DNA of 64,000 bases from contig OZ076413.1 of the NCBI GenBank assembly GCA_964187785.1, forward strand, positions 44,456,001 through 44,520,000, in the 5' to 3' direction. The notes below the pieces were generated by a model. That model worked only from the letters and a program-made list of their open reading frames with translations. It had not been told where the DNA came from and made no database searches. The translations under genes were made by a program, and so were the position numbers. The DNA is from Amphiscolops sp. MND2022. Taxonomy: Eukaryota. Of the stretch, positions 49,701 to 63,673 are shown piece by piece (the stretch's first letter is position 1; each line of letters opens with the position of its first letter).

Positions 49701-52700
49701 GAGGTTTTCACCTTTCGTTGAGCCCAGGGGCTCTTTGGACTTCTCTTGCAGAATCTTCATTTGAGTTTGAGTTATCAACCTTCGCTTCACTGCATCGTGG
49801 AGTGGAATTATATCACCGGTCAAAGGTTCTTGCACAGATATTCCCGACTCCCCAAATGACAAAGAACTCTCTAATTTGAAATTTGCCCTTGAAACAATTT
49901 CAACATACGCACTTTGACTAATTAAGTTCTCTTGCACAGCTTCTTCAAGAGTTAAAGTCTTTTTAGAAGTAGGGTCTTTTAGGGTTATTGATTGAGGCAA
50001 AGAGAGATAGCGAGTTGTTTTGAAATTATCTTTGTCTTTCTTGATCTTCTCATAATCCGGTAAAGTTATGAGCCCTCGTGTGAAGGCTTCTTCGACCGTG
50101 AAAGTTTCACCTGATTGGCTAACGATAACACACACGTCTCCATTTATGGTACTAACTTCGAGCTCAAAGATGCCTTCGGTTTCTCTTCGTTTTAATTCCT
50201 CGTATTTCTTCTCGTCAATGAGTCCCAAAATCAGTGCATCGTCGAGAGACTTGTTCATACCGGTTTCTGGATCTGTGACTACTATCATTCCCTCAGGTTC
50301 CATTCCCGAATCTCGACTTTTCGGGCTTCGGCTGATTTGTTCAAACTTAGCTCGTATTTTCTCCGGAATCTCCGATGATGACATCAGAGGTTTGTGCTTT
50401 GCGTTTTCGAAAACTCGAATGTAAAAACTGGCATCTATGATTCCCATGTCGATAGCGTCATCTAATGAAATTTGGGTGATGTTGTCTGAGCTATTGACAC
50501 ATTCGAATATTAGGATTTTCCAGAGATCGGATTTTGGGGATAGATATTGGATCTCTTTTGGCGCATGTTCAAGAATTTCCAAAATAGATGTGTTAATCAA
50601 TCCTTTGGCGAAAGCCTTTGTGGGACTGATTTTTTGTCCGGTCAACGGATCAGATATCCAAACTTTCAAGACAAAGTTTTCAGAATCTATGAGCAATCTG
50701 GGTTCTTCTAAAACACTTGTAACTTCAATCGTCAGCTTTGTGTATGTAGGCTTGTCAATGAGCCCGAGCTCCAATGCTGTTATTGGCGAAACAAGATCGT
50801 TAGTGGTCGGATTATAAATAGTGGTCTGGAAGTCTTCCATTTCTTCTACTACTGGTTCAAGGGTCTCCATAACCTCTTCAAAGTTGTACAATTGGTCCAT
50901 CTGCTCAACAGGACTTTCCATCATTTCAAGAGGCCGAACTGGGACAGTTTTTGTGGTCTGGACTGTGACCAGTTGAACGGATGTGTCATATTCGATCAGG
51001 TTACAGTAAGTAGAATGGTCTATGAGACCCTTCTGGAAAGCCTTTTCAGGACTCATCGTCTCTTGCTGGTCTGGTGCCATGACAACTGGGTCAACATAAA
51101 CAGCTTTCTGGGTTTCAACCTCAGGTACTAGGTCTTCAAGAATATTCAACTCCATCAAACCTTCATCGATTTCTTGCGAGAAAACCAATTGCTCCGTTTC
51201 GTATGAAATCTGAAGGGGTCTTTCCAGTTTGATCAGTTCCTGATATTCTTCTCTGCTGATTGGGATGCCGGTTTCAACAAACTCGTTTAGTTTAAATTGT
51301 TCATATGTCACTTCGTCAAAGAGACCTCTTCTGAAACCTTCATCTAGTGACACTCGCTCTCCAGTGAGAGGATCTATGACAGTGACTTTTTTCGATAGTC
51401 TCGCTTTGAATTGTCTCTCATCCACAGCTACCATCACTTTGTCTTCGTTGATAACCTCGCGTGCTTTAGGTTTCACAACTTCTGGCAAAGTGATAGCCAG
51501 CGCTTTAATAGTCTTTGCGGACTCTGCCAATTTTTTGTCAATTTTGGGTATTTCTTGAATTTGCTGAGCCAGTGTAACTTGGTCGCTGGTTATTGTTCGG
51601 AAAGCGGAAGCAGGTTGCTCCATTACATCAGTCACATGCCACTCGTCAGAATCGAGACTTTCTTCTGAGAGTTCAGCTGCGTGACTTTGTCTAGGTCTCA
51701 TCACAGGCGGAAGTTCAAGTCCAATGTCTTTCATTTGCACAAAGCTCATTGGTTTCCGGGAAACTGGGTCGTAAACTTTCGGCTTTTTCATCAAGTTCTT
51801 CTCTTTCAAGTTCAGATAAGTTTCACCATCAATTAGCTGACCGCGATACGCTTCTTCCAGACTCAACTGTTCCTTGCTTCCAGGGTCAATAATTTTCAAG
51901 ACTTTTCGAGTTATCTTCTTCGGATGGTGTCGTTTTGGCTCTTTGATTGCTTCTTCAGATGCGTCGGTGTCAATTTGGAATTTCATTGTCTCACCTTCAA
52001 ATATCGATTCACGCTGGGAGGGATCAATGTCATCATCTCTCGAAGTCACGGTTTCATTCAAATTTTCGGTGCTCAGGACTTTCCCATCCACCCATTGGTA
52101 GAAAAAGTGGGTTCCGTCATTTCCGCGAACGTCAATATTTATTGGGGCTGACAAGAGATTTTCATCTTTCCTTTCAGGTTCAGATATTTCACCTGGGTCA
52201 TTGCTTGGATCTTGATCATTCACGTGCATCGTTGAGGTGTAGGGCAGAACCATAGCATTCGGATCCTTTTCAAGAGCTTTGAATAGCAACTCATCGTCAG
52301 CTCTGAATGTTTTCTGCTGCATATACGGTTTTCCATCTACGTCATACGAAGTTCCTTCGAAAATCACAACTCTCGGCTTTTCCTCTTGAACAATTTGCTT
52401 AACCGATATTCCGATCGGGGTTGTTTCAGTGATTTCCAGTTCTTCTTCCTCAAACTCTTCAGCTTCAACTTGCTCGTTATCTGGATCCGGGGCTTTTGAT
52501 ACCCTCGAATGAATTTCGACTGTGTTGAAAAACTGTTTCTCATTTTCTGTTGCAGCGTTAAGGACATTTTCGATTGGCAGGAATTCTTTCGATGTGGCCA
52601 AATTTAAGGTTGTATCTTCACCAGTGTACAATGCAAAATAAAGTTTGGAAGCAACTCTACGTTTTCTTTTTTCATCCTCGATTTTGGATCTTTTCAGCCT

Positions 52701-55507
52701 AAGAGCATTAGGACTGATAAGCGCTCGATTGCCAACCAGAGAAGAGCTGAAAAGTTTGATTGATGACTTCGACTTTCTGACTTTTCTAACTGTTGGGTAT
52801 TTGACTTGATAATAGCTGGTGAAATGATAAACTTGGTCGTAGTCTATTATTTGTCTGTCCAAAAGAAGCCACCTGGTCTTACCATCCCAAAGTTCATTTA
52901 CATAAACCTCAAGAATTGGTCTGACTTCAACAATGATTTTGGTTTTCTTGGTTTTTGGATCGAGCTCGTGAGAGTCCAAAATGTCGAAGCGATTGGCATC
53001 TATTAAATTTGATGTTTCTACATGCTGCATTTTGCTGACTTTAATGGAGCTGTTGAATAACATGTTGAGAGGCGATTCTCCGCTGTCAGTGGTCTCAGTA
53101 ATTAAATGAAACTTTCGACTCGCTTTCAATGGCAGGTTTTCCGAGTGAGTCAAAAACGTCGGTAATTTTTCGCCCACGGGGATCCAAACTCGATTCCGGA
53201 TAGTTTTGTTCTCTGCGTGCTGGATCAAAGTGAACTCATAAAACAAAGGCTCCGTATCTTCAGCTGCAATTGGAACGATCAGTACTTTGTTTATCGCTGA
53301 CTTATATGTTCGTGATTCGATTATGCAATCGGATTTTTTGTCTTTGGTGTATTTCCTTATGGTTCTCTCTCCAGTGCCAACAGACGGCTTGAATTTTTCC
53401 TCAAAAGTGAACCTTTCGTTAGGATTGGGAAGCATCTCTGGAAGGAACTCGACCTTGTAGTTTTCAATGGCAGGGCACTCTTCGTCATTTTTGGTATGTA
53501 GATAACTGTTACCTGGTTCCTCAAATTGAATCTTCAAAAAGTGATACATTCCTTGCAATTCTTCGGCAGTTAGAATAGTTTTTTCACTTGGGTTGACAAA
53601 CCGTGACTTCCTGGTGATTTGGCGTCCCAGTAAGTCTGAAGACGATTTCTGTATTTCGAAAAGTCTTCCAATGACTTTTGTGTCATCTCTTGTCTTATGG
53701 ACAAGTCTCTTTTCAGTTAAAATTGTGACGTCAGGTAGTGTCGAATAAAAAACATGGCGAACAACTCGTCTTGGCATTATAGCTATTTCTTCATCGCGAC
53801 CGTCGATTCCAGATCCTTTGTTTTGATCGCCAAGACCAGTGTCTTTGCCCTGATCTTTCTGTTTAAACTCGCTTTCATCCTCAGTCTCGACTTCAGGATC
53901 ATACCTCTCATTTTGGGGCTCAGAAGTTTTTTCATTTTGACTTTCACCTTGACTTGCGATAACATCGTCTCCATCTCCTCTATCAGGGGCCATGACAATG
54001 TCAACTTCAACAACTACATTTGTGTCATCAATGAGATGTTCCGTAATTTTCACTCCCAAAACGGGGTTGATCTCCAGAACTACGTCGCATGTACTAACGT
54101 TCAAGTTACGCGGCAAGAAATTCAGCAGGATATCATCTGCTTGGTTTATTTGACGCGAAACCCTCAAGCGTCCCAAATCCTGAAAAACTTCCACTTTTGG
54201 AAACTCACGCTGTAGCAATGTTTGGAACAGTTGTTCGTTGAGCGGCGCCCAGCGTTTGAAGTATACAGGTTTTCCAGAGGGTAACATGAAGCAGAAGCTG
54301 AGTTCATAGAATTCTTCCTCGAAAGGCTTGAAATCCAGATCATCAGCTCTGATCCTCGGAAGGTCAAACATTTCTGTATCTGTGGCCTCATACTCTCGCG
54401 ACTCAATGATGTTTTCATTCAGATCCGTAACGTCCACGAATCTAACAGAAGCCGAATAATTTTCATCATCGTTCATGTAATATTCCAGGGACCCTTTCAG
54501 AAAGCCAGTTTTATCCAATCGGGTTACTGGAGTCGTATCATGGCTCAACTTGGAAAGTTGTTCAACTGAAGTCAACCCGGTTCGGGAAAGGTATTTCAGC
54601 AATTCCGGATCATCGTGTTTGTAATATCGAGTTACTTTCTTGACCTCGCCTTCAATTTCTTCCAGTTTGGTTATTTCGACATATTGCTCCGGGTGTTCGA
54701 TGAAATTTTCTGTGTCGCCACTTACATTTACAAGCTCAGGTGCATCAATGCCGTACCTCCTAAATTCAACAATAACTTCGCCTTCTTCTTCGACTTTTTT
54801 AACGGAGAGATGGAGAAACTTCTTGCCAATTTCACGAATGTCTTGAATCGTTACAGACTTCAATGGTTTAATTTCCAGTTCAGCTAAGGTAATCGTCTCA
54901 GAATCAGTCTCTTGATCATCTGTTTCAGTACCCGGCAAAGCTTCCGTATAAAACTGTTCGGAAGCTACAACTTGAGATGAGAAACCAGTGAGTGCACGTG
55001 ACCGTAGAACATCATTTTTGTCGTCATTTTTAAGCTCAACCTCGTCAAAGTCTTCACTGGCTTCTCCTTCACTGGAAGGACTCTCAAGTAAATCCCGAAT
55101 CAGTACCCCTGTATTTACATTGGCCTCAACAATTGGGATATCCACCGTGATGGACTCTTCGTTCTTTTCATAAGATGTTTCAATTCCATCTTTTTTAACA
55201 CTTTCTTCATAGTTCGGTCTATCGTTCCCTGTTCGTTCATTTTGCTTCTGCATTTCCAGCATGTTCATCCATTCGAAACGGAGCTCTCGGAATTGGAAAG
55301 GTAGCAATGGCTCAATATCACTGCCGACGTCCTCCACCGCGTTCGTCTCCAAAATCTCTCTTGGCTCCAGTGCTTTAAGCTGGACTAAAAATTCCGGGTA
55401 GTTTATTGAATCTTCAGCCTCCACTAGCATGTCATCATACAAGTCAACAGTTTCATCATCTATCATCTGCGGTTCGCGACAGCAGTCAGGATCGAGCGAT
55501 GTAGCGA
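43766..55507 (-). CDS. Giant exon encoding an acidic region and many plectin/plakin repeats (spectraplakin PRD-like)
   Basis: 3909-aa stop-free ORF with repeated DPxTGxx(I/L)SLxEAxxxGLID-type motifs. Acceptor TGTTTCAG|55507 and donor CAAG|GTTCGT at 43766 give 11,742 nt, phase 1-1. Confidence 0.9.
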
Positions 55508-58338
55508 CTGAAACAATTCAAAGCCATTATTACCTATCGCACAAAGTATTCGTTCACTCTCCAAAGATAAAATGCCTCTATCAGAGTTGACCCTGTCAAT
55601 ATTTCTTTACTGTTCTCCTGTGTGGTACCCGTCTATCAGTGATTTGAAATTACTTCGTCTCATCATCTTCGGAATATGATGATGACAGCTATTGCTGTCT
55701 ACAATGCGCAATTTAGTGTCCCTCATTACAGTCAGTCGACTTTCATATTGTGCGAGAGAATTATTGCGCTACTTTTGCCACGCTTCAGATTTTTCAGAAT
55801 AAAAAACTTTAGAAAATTTGAATCAGACCATCGCTTTTTTCCTAGTTCCGTCAGGGTTGATAATGTCAATTGAGATTTTCGCTACTGACTAACTAAAAAC
55901 TACTGATTTTGGGAATTGAGTCTGTTACTACTATCGCTGTAACTAATATAGCAAAAAAAGCTTTTGAAAGGAATTGAATAGCTTTTAATAAGAACATGAA
56001 AAAGCTTTTAAAGAGCTCGCTCTTGTGCCTCCGCGGATGGATTTCACTCAAACGACATTCCGAAGTCATCGAATCTCCGATCAGGGGTGCTCAAAAATTT
56101 TCAAAATCTACGAAATGGATTAATACACTAATTGCTATAACTAGAGATGAAGCCGGCGATGGAAACAACATGAGGATCATCGAATAGATAACCTTTACAC
56201 GGCTACAGAATAGCTGATATCTACCAGCCAATCAAGGATTAACAAGCCAATGCGTGCTTTCGTAGCGTTACCTCTCGAAAGAAACATTCGAGTTACCCCA
56301 AGCTCCAAGGATTAACAAATTGTATACAGCCCTGATTTTGAGACGCTATGGTAAAAATTCTTGAAAATAAAGAACCAAACCTCACCTATTGGGCAAGAAT
56401 CAGTTGTTGATCTCGAATTGGTACAAAAACAAAGCAGTTGTCGGAGCTTTGCTTTGCTAAAGAATGCTCAAATAACGAAAAGTTGAGAAACAAAGATCTG
56501 GGAATAACTCATAAACGTATGACTTACACGTTTATTTTAACAACTTCCAACATTATTGAACTATTTCAAGCTCTGCTACTTTTGCATGCGAAAATTTAGG
56601 GCAAAAAGTTCAAACTCTAAACTGAGAAATACAACATTATCTAAAATTGGACCTACAATTTTGGGATGACACCTACTAGTATCTGATTGAAAGTATAACA
56701 ATCTGAACTGAGGTAGTGGAGTAAATTGAGAAGACCATTCAAAAGCAGATAGATTAGTATCATGAAGAACACTCGGAATATCTGATCTTTTCTACATTTC
56801 TTTTTCTTCATCATTAAATGGACCGTTCACACTCGAAGCCTGTGGTTTCTTGCACTTTGAAAGAAGCCGGAGTGCGCCTGTGGTAGAAAGAATGGTTAGT
56901 TGTTAATGCACTTCTAGCTGCAGAGCCCCTTGCAAGGTAAATAACGGTCCCACAAAAATGGTTGTAACTATGCCCTTAGGAGCAGGTTGGAAGTACTGCC
57001 CTCGGGTAGGTAAAGCTCACTTCCCCGACAGAGCCGTCACCAGAGTATGGGAGCTACTAATGAGTGGAAACCAAGGTTGCTCAGTAAACAATCCCTAGAG
57101 CCGAATTCTTAAGAGTCCTGACAACAACGGGGACTTGGAAACTAGCTGCAAAAAAACCTAGAATGAAAACCCGCCATTGACAAGCCACCTCAGATCCGTT
57201 AAGGAGTGGCGAAATGCAATTATAAAGCACCATTGTCTAGAAATCAGTAAACATTTGGTGCATGGTACTCTATTTGTAGAGATTTCCATGGGACAGGTTG
57301 ATCTGGAAGGGGGAAACCTTTCGAACGAGCCGCCCTCTTCAATACAAGATGTTCCTCAGTCGGTCAGGTAGTTTTAGATAGCTAATTGAAGAGAGAAAGA
57401 GCTCGATGATATTTGAGTCGATGCCTCCCACTGTGTTCTTGCTATAGATGCTTCTGTTTGTTGGGAGACGTGTCGAAGGCACTTACCATGATAAAGGTAT
57501 GCCCAAAGCCACTTGGAAATCGACGCTTCTGTAACCAACGTCAATTCGATGATGGGTACAAGAACGTAAGCTTTCTTGGAGCCTCTGAGTAATGGCGCAC
57601 GGATAGAATTCGATAAATGTTTGGCTCTACTTGTCATTTATGTGGCGTGTCTATAATGTAACCGGCGGTGCAGTAATGTGATCGGTGTTTGCTGATCTGA
57701 TGGACTTTGTCAAACTCAGCAAAGACCAATTGGCTATAGGTCCCTAACGGGCACTGAGACACCACGAAAATACATTCGAAAACATCATCAAGTGGACGAC
57801 TCACTTACAAATTAAAACAACATATCACAGAAAACTGGTAATAAAATGTAAATTGAAAGTATAAAAAAATTGCAAAACAACAAAACAATTGCTAGCTAGA
57901 GTCAATCAATTTGAGGAGAGCCTCTTTCCCAACTATTGCGCTCATCGATGATTCTACAAGACAAGGCCCTGACCGCCACAAGGACCTACATCCTCTTATG
58001 CAGATAAACAAGCTTCTCAAAAGCGCAAAAAACTAGCCTTAAGTCTCATGAAACCAATAACAGCTGCGTAGGGTTGACAACGAGCCTGGTCATGACTTTC
58101 ACTGAAGATTATGCCCTGCCAGTGGTAGCAAAAATTGAAGGCGCCATTTTCGAGATTAACGTTTCGTGATTCATATTCAATAGGCGAGCATCGCGTAGCG
58201 GAGGGAAGCCTTTCGCCACAATTCCCACTCGAATTTGAAAAGTGACGGTTTTTCAATCTTTCCGTCTGGAAACGACATCCCTCTCCGTTGTTTTTTTCGA
58301 AGCGTTATATCTAGAAGAGCGCTGATCAGAGCGTTCTT

Positions 58339-59214
58339 CATTAGAGTGCACAGGCAAGCCTTATTTGCTCAAAGCGCAACTTTGTGCTTTCAGTATCTCG
58401 GATTCCACGACCATACCTTTAACCGTGCAAAATTGGAAAATTACGTCATAAGTCCCGGATTCCACGGATTTCGTCGTGGATTCCAGTAACATACGCTTAG
58501 CTGTACGCACTGTCGGCATGCAGCGGTGTCCCGGATTCCGCAAAAACGTAAGTTTTGCAAAATGAACCAATCAGATTGCAGAAATCATAAATTTCCTGGA
58601 TTCCACGACTTTATGCTTGACGCGATACGAGGCATCTCTTCTTGAATTAAATTCAAGTGGAAGACTTAACAAACAAAATATTATGCACTACTTTTCGTAT
58701 ATTAATTCAAAATGATTCAGACAATCACACCAATATCACACAAAATTTTTGTATTTTTCAGTTTAGTACCAGTTTTGAACAAACTGCCAGATCATCACAA
58801 TCTGCCATTATTTGATGACATGCTTTAATTTTGGTACCAGTCATGAGTATCTCTATTCGTACTTTGGGACTTTTCGTGTCAATCAAAACAAGTTCCATTG
58901 ATATGTAAATTTTTTCAACTTGGTGAAAACAAAAAAAATGCCAATTATATTAATTTTTGTCAAAATTTGCAATTTCTAACTTTTGTAATTTCTGTCGCGG
59001 AAATTTCAAACAAACACTTTTGTAAACTGGATAAAATTCTGACTCATTTCCAGGTCCAGACAGCTGAACGAGAACTGCGCAGGGGAGAGAGCTAAACCGC
59101 ACGAAAACGGACTTCTTCGGGCAAAATGTGATGATCACAAAAAGTAACAGGCCACAACATCAAAGAGAAATTTTGTCCTGGAGCAGCAAAATAGCTTGCC
59201 TGTGCCCTGTAATG
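58339..59214. mobile_element. CACTA/EnSpm-like non-autonomous element (876 bp), same family as 27619
   Basis: TIRs CATTAGAGTGCACAGGCAAGC / GCTTGCCTGTGCCCTGTAATG, 2-bp TSD TT, multiple GGATTCCACG subterminal repeats. Confidence 0.7.
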
Positions 59215-59342
59215 TTCTACTCATTTGAAAAAAATTCCACAAGGTCGCAATTGACCATGGTGTAGGTTTTGATTGTCGTCAGAAATTTTTTCGAAGGCTT
59301 GTTCTGCGACGGGAACTTGAAAAAGGATAATTTTGAGAGGCC

Positions 59343-61573
59343 TGTTACGACTGCCGCACGAGTCGTTATTTTGAGTAGAATTTATTCTGACTCTTTTCGT
59401 AGGGGTGTAGAAACTCCTAGTTTCGTTTCCAATTTCTTCATCAATTGTTTCTCTCGCAATTGCTTTTGTTTCAGGTTTTAGAAGTTTCAACATTTCCTTT
59501 TGCGATTCTACTAAGAGCGCTTTCATTTCAGAAGTTATTTCTTCCTTCAATGAAGTCCTCAAGTTTTCCAAAAGACTATTTTCGATCCTGGGTGATTTTG
59601 GGTTAGATGGTCCTGACCTAGGAGACTAGGATCTTCTGCTACTAACGGAGAAACAAAACCTTCACTTACACTTTCGCTAGTTCCTTGTTGGTCATTCTTT
59701 CTCTTCTGGCTTCTTGTTGTAGACATTTTGAAGAAAGATTTGATTCTGATGAATTCAATTTAATCTTAGGTGATTTTTCAACAAAGTTGAATGAAAAGTT
59801 GATTTATCAAACAAATTGGAAAGCAACTGTTTTTTGCAAAGTTAGAAGACTGAGTCCATCAGCACTAGCAATCCATCATATTTATACCCTCCTAGCATCA
59901 TTTGATCACGAATAAACCTGCTAATTTTCCTCGAACAATTAGTCATTTCCTGTATTATCGATGAAAAATTCATTTTGTTTCTGAATTTGCGTCGACATTT
60001 CGTCAAATTTTGGGACACGACAATTTTAATCTTGTATTAGTCATCAACCATGATCATATCATTTCATCCCGGCGTCCTTTTGCTTCCTCCCAAACAGGAA
60101 GTAGATATTACTTCAGTCTATCAAACCGGAAATGATTCGCTATTTTACTGTTTGGTTCGCGGGAAATTGACGCTGAGATGACGCCGACGTGAACAACTAA
60201 TACCTGATTTTGAATTTCAACTTGAAGAAGTAGTTATGAATAATGTTTTCAGCTCTGGAAATTTAACGATGCTAGGAAGGAATAAGGACAAGATTAGAAA
60301 ATTAGCAACAATCTCGAATTAATTTCAAATTGAGTGATTATTAATTAAATGAAACTAGAAGCAACGGAACATAAACGCATATTACAAAACATATATTGAC
60401 AACGAGGGTTAATCACTCATAGCACAATGCATATGAACAATGTTCTTTATAAAACTAATTCAACTCAAAACTTTAAATAGATAACTGCCCGAGCCTGGAG
60501 TGGACGACGACGAGTCATCGTCTGAATGAACATTAAGGGATTTCAACTTGTATATTAGGTCGTATAAAATACAGAAGTACAAACATGTAAAAATATGTTT
60601 CCAATACGAAAATACTTCCAATCTATCCTCATTATGATCATAAATTGTGACTTTCACTTATGTTACTTTAGAAATTTCATTTCGGAGGGAATCCTAACGT
60701 AATTTAAATTAGTAACGTCGTATCTGATGGACGGACGGACGTCGTTAAATCCGGAATCTCTTATTACTCACTTAGTTCAATTTGCGTTCAGTTCAGACTC
60801 ATTTCTTGTATTAATTCGTTATGATAGTGTTCATTTTGTCATTTTGGATGGACTAAGATAGCTTATTTTGATGGATTTTGGACGTAACGTGGACGTACGT
60901 ATTAGTATTAGACTTGGTCTAGTATAGTGGACGTAGCGTGGACGTAAATTTGGAATGAAATCTAGCTGGCTGCTATAGCTGTGACGTCATAACGTCGTCT
61001 GATTTGGCATGCTTTCTAGCTAGTTAACTAGTTAGCGAGCGGAATGCTGACGTCACGATTATAGTAATATTTGCATGTATCACCAGCATTTGTTTAGATA
61101 TCGTCCTATTCTACATTAATTGCTGTTCAAAGTGCAATTAAGCTGCCTTTTCTCAGAAGAGGCGTAAGTAATTCGGCGTGCCATCTCAAAGTAATTTCTA
61201 TTTTAGATCTGATTGATGTTCTTTTCCAAGGGAGATTTTAAATGTGTTTTCATTTAGATTGGTTTGTGATCCTTTATTCCGGTAGTGTTTTAATTTTTAA
61301 CTTTCAGATGGCGAATGTTCTTTTCTGACGCGACAAAAGCGTCTTGCCGGAAATGTGTGAAATCATTTTGGCTTATTTTATTCTTCGCTCTCATTTTCAT
61401 TTAGAATTTGCGCTAAACGGACGTACATTTGTGTTTCTAGTCACAATTTATCTTAAGTTAATTTTAAGTCTACCAGTTAAAATACGACCTTGGAAATCTG
61501 AAGTTGCACCCGTGTCCTCTCCCTATCTTCAGCCTTCGGCAACCACACGCCAGACCGGGAGCGGGCTGTGACA
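59343..61573 (-). mobile_element. Solo LTR (2231 bp) with internal ORF
   Basis: TGTTAC...GTGACA termini; flanks AGGCC/AGGGC (5-bp TSD, 1 mismatch). ORF from ATG 59726 (MSTTRSQKRK..., one frameshift) runs to the LTR end; TATAAA at ~59881-59886 lies upstream on the minus strand. Confidence 0.75.
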
Positions 61574-62883
61574 AGGGCAAATTTTGTTTCTAGTCGAATT
61601 AAGGCCTTTAAACATAGCCAATTAGCGTGAAAGTTATATTAATCGAAAGAATAAAAAGCCTCGCGAATTTTCATGTAATTTAGGTTTTGAAAAATTCTGC
61701 TAAAAATATTCTGAGTGAAATTAATGCGAATTAACATCTCGCCGACGTTAGCTGTATGTGTTAAGCTTTTCATAAGTTTCGCGTGCATGCCAATGTGGGC
61801 CCACATTTTACGCGAGTCTTGTGCAAAGCTCCTTTGCGCCTATGTTTTCTTCTGTTGGGGTTTGTCAGTTCATGTATAAGAAGTCGTCAACATAATCTTT
61901 TCGTGATTGCAGCCCACTTCGTGTTATGTGAACGCAACAGCAAAGTCCAGACCGAATGTCTCCTGGCAGAAGCTACAATGAGTCTGGTCGACTATATGAG
62001 GAAGACATTTTCCCATTGCAATGAACACGATGCGAAAATGATATAAAAGTGCACAATGTACGTCAAGATGAAATTACCGAAGGGGGAAATGAATACCGTC
62101 ACGGTAGCAAATCTAAAAATCTAAATCTAAATACAGGTTGGGAGAGATGATTCTCAAAGGTATTGAGCCAAAGAGTTTGAATTAAGCATAACTTAAATGA
62201 TACTATTTATTATTAGTGGAACGATTATTGGGGGCGGTGATGGTTTTGGGGATTATTAGAAGAGATGGGTTAAACTTGACAGATTTAAACTTGAGATCAA
62301 AGATCCAAGAGGTCCTAAGAGCACTGATGACGCGGCTGAGGTGATCAAATCAGTCAGCCACTGTAACTATTGAATAAGTTTATCACAACAATTAGGCTCC
62401 AATTATCTCATCTGTTCGAAATTACGTCCACTGAAAATTTTAATGCATGGGAATTGAGGCACAATTGAAATTAAGATAACGTAGTGAGTACAACGTAGCG
62501 AGGGTCTATATGCCACCCTCATAGCAGGCGGAACATATAATGTGGAGGTGCCGAAGGAACAGGTTTTAATACAGATCAGCAATGCAAAAAAGTCTGCTCA
62601 AAATCTCGTGTTTTTGGCCAGTCTGCTTATTACACTACCTCCTGAACTGAGCCTTTGAACAAGCTTCCGTATTTAATTAGTAGCAACGACTGGCAATTAA
62701 TTGGTTTTTTAATTTTCGGCAATAAAAAGTTATTTTTCGTTTGCAATTATTCGAAATAATTATTGAAAAAATGCAAAAAAAAACTTTAGCGCCCTTGTCT
62801 GTGATTGGTCTTGGAATTTGTTTCAAACTTTTTAAAAGGAAAGATAAATATAATGAGAATACCACCACGCTCGACAAACTAAC

Positions 62884-63336
62884 TTTGTTTTTCGTTCTTC
62901 AGAGCATCCGGTAGAACCAACGCAAACGCCATTCCACTGGAAGTCGCGAAAGGTTTTATTTTTTCATTGCCAAAATCAAGATATTCATCGTTCAATATCG
63001 GCTCTGCCACTTCCATAGTACGTATATTGTCATCTGCTGCAAATTCCGTAGGACAAACGTTCTCCTGTAGAGGTTGGGGAACGGCCATGTCAACTGTGGT
63101 TTCCTCCTGAACCATTTTCGGCCACTCAAAGCTTGATGCAGCTGACTCCAAAATGCAGTCATTGCTCAAAACTAAAATTTCATTTTCTTTTGCTTTTTCC
63201 GTAGGCTTGGGCTTAAAAAACAAGGGTTCAAGGCTCTCCAAGCTTTCAGGAGCACCGAAATCTTCGCAAAGCTTTTGTTCCAAGTCCACTGCATTTTCAG
63301 TGTCTCTAATTGTCTCCACTTGAACGAATTCATCAT
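62884..63336 (-). CDS. Acidic exon, probably upstream part of the same gene
   Basis: TTTAG|AT acceptor and CAAA|GTTAGT donor, 453 nt, phase 1-1, compatible with splicing to the giant exon; acidic composition like the start of that exon. Confidence 0.65.
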
Positions 63337-63673
63337 CTAAACATCAAAGATTTTGTTGAATCCCAATTTGGAGAAAGCGAAACAGTATTGAATGTGTAAT
63401 ACTGAACGAACCATATTTCTTAATGCAAGACGGGTCAATTTTTGGTTACTCCTTTTGGGTTTTTAATAGTATCTACCGTATCCTCGTAACGGAAGCCACT
63501 ATTAGGATCTAACGTCTAATATTTTTGAAAAACAAAAATATCTGGGATCTATAACGCCTGAGATCTAACAGGGACTCGAAAAACTCTGCTCCCGCTAGAT
63601 TTTTTTGTGCTTGATGTCGCTTAGCAAGACCTTCGTTGGCGGCCGCGGGGCACTACAGAAGTTAGAGACGTGC

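Noticed and set aside
43894..55173. Many plus-strand and alternate-frame ORFs overlapping the giant exon
   Set aside because: Shadow ORFs of a long coding sequence; no independent motifs.
55508..55533. Possible 26-nt intron (GTAATA...TTTCAG) joining an upstream mini-exon to the giant exon
   Set aside because: Phase-compatible, but much shorter than other introns here, and the upstream frame hits a stop within ~25 codons; the 62884 donor explains the acceptor more simply.
56760..57780. Higher-GC stretch that looks like decayed coding DNA
   Set aside because: No recognisable motif in the frames I translated; cannot be assigned without a search.
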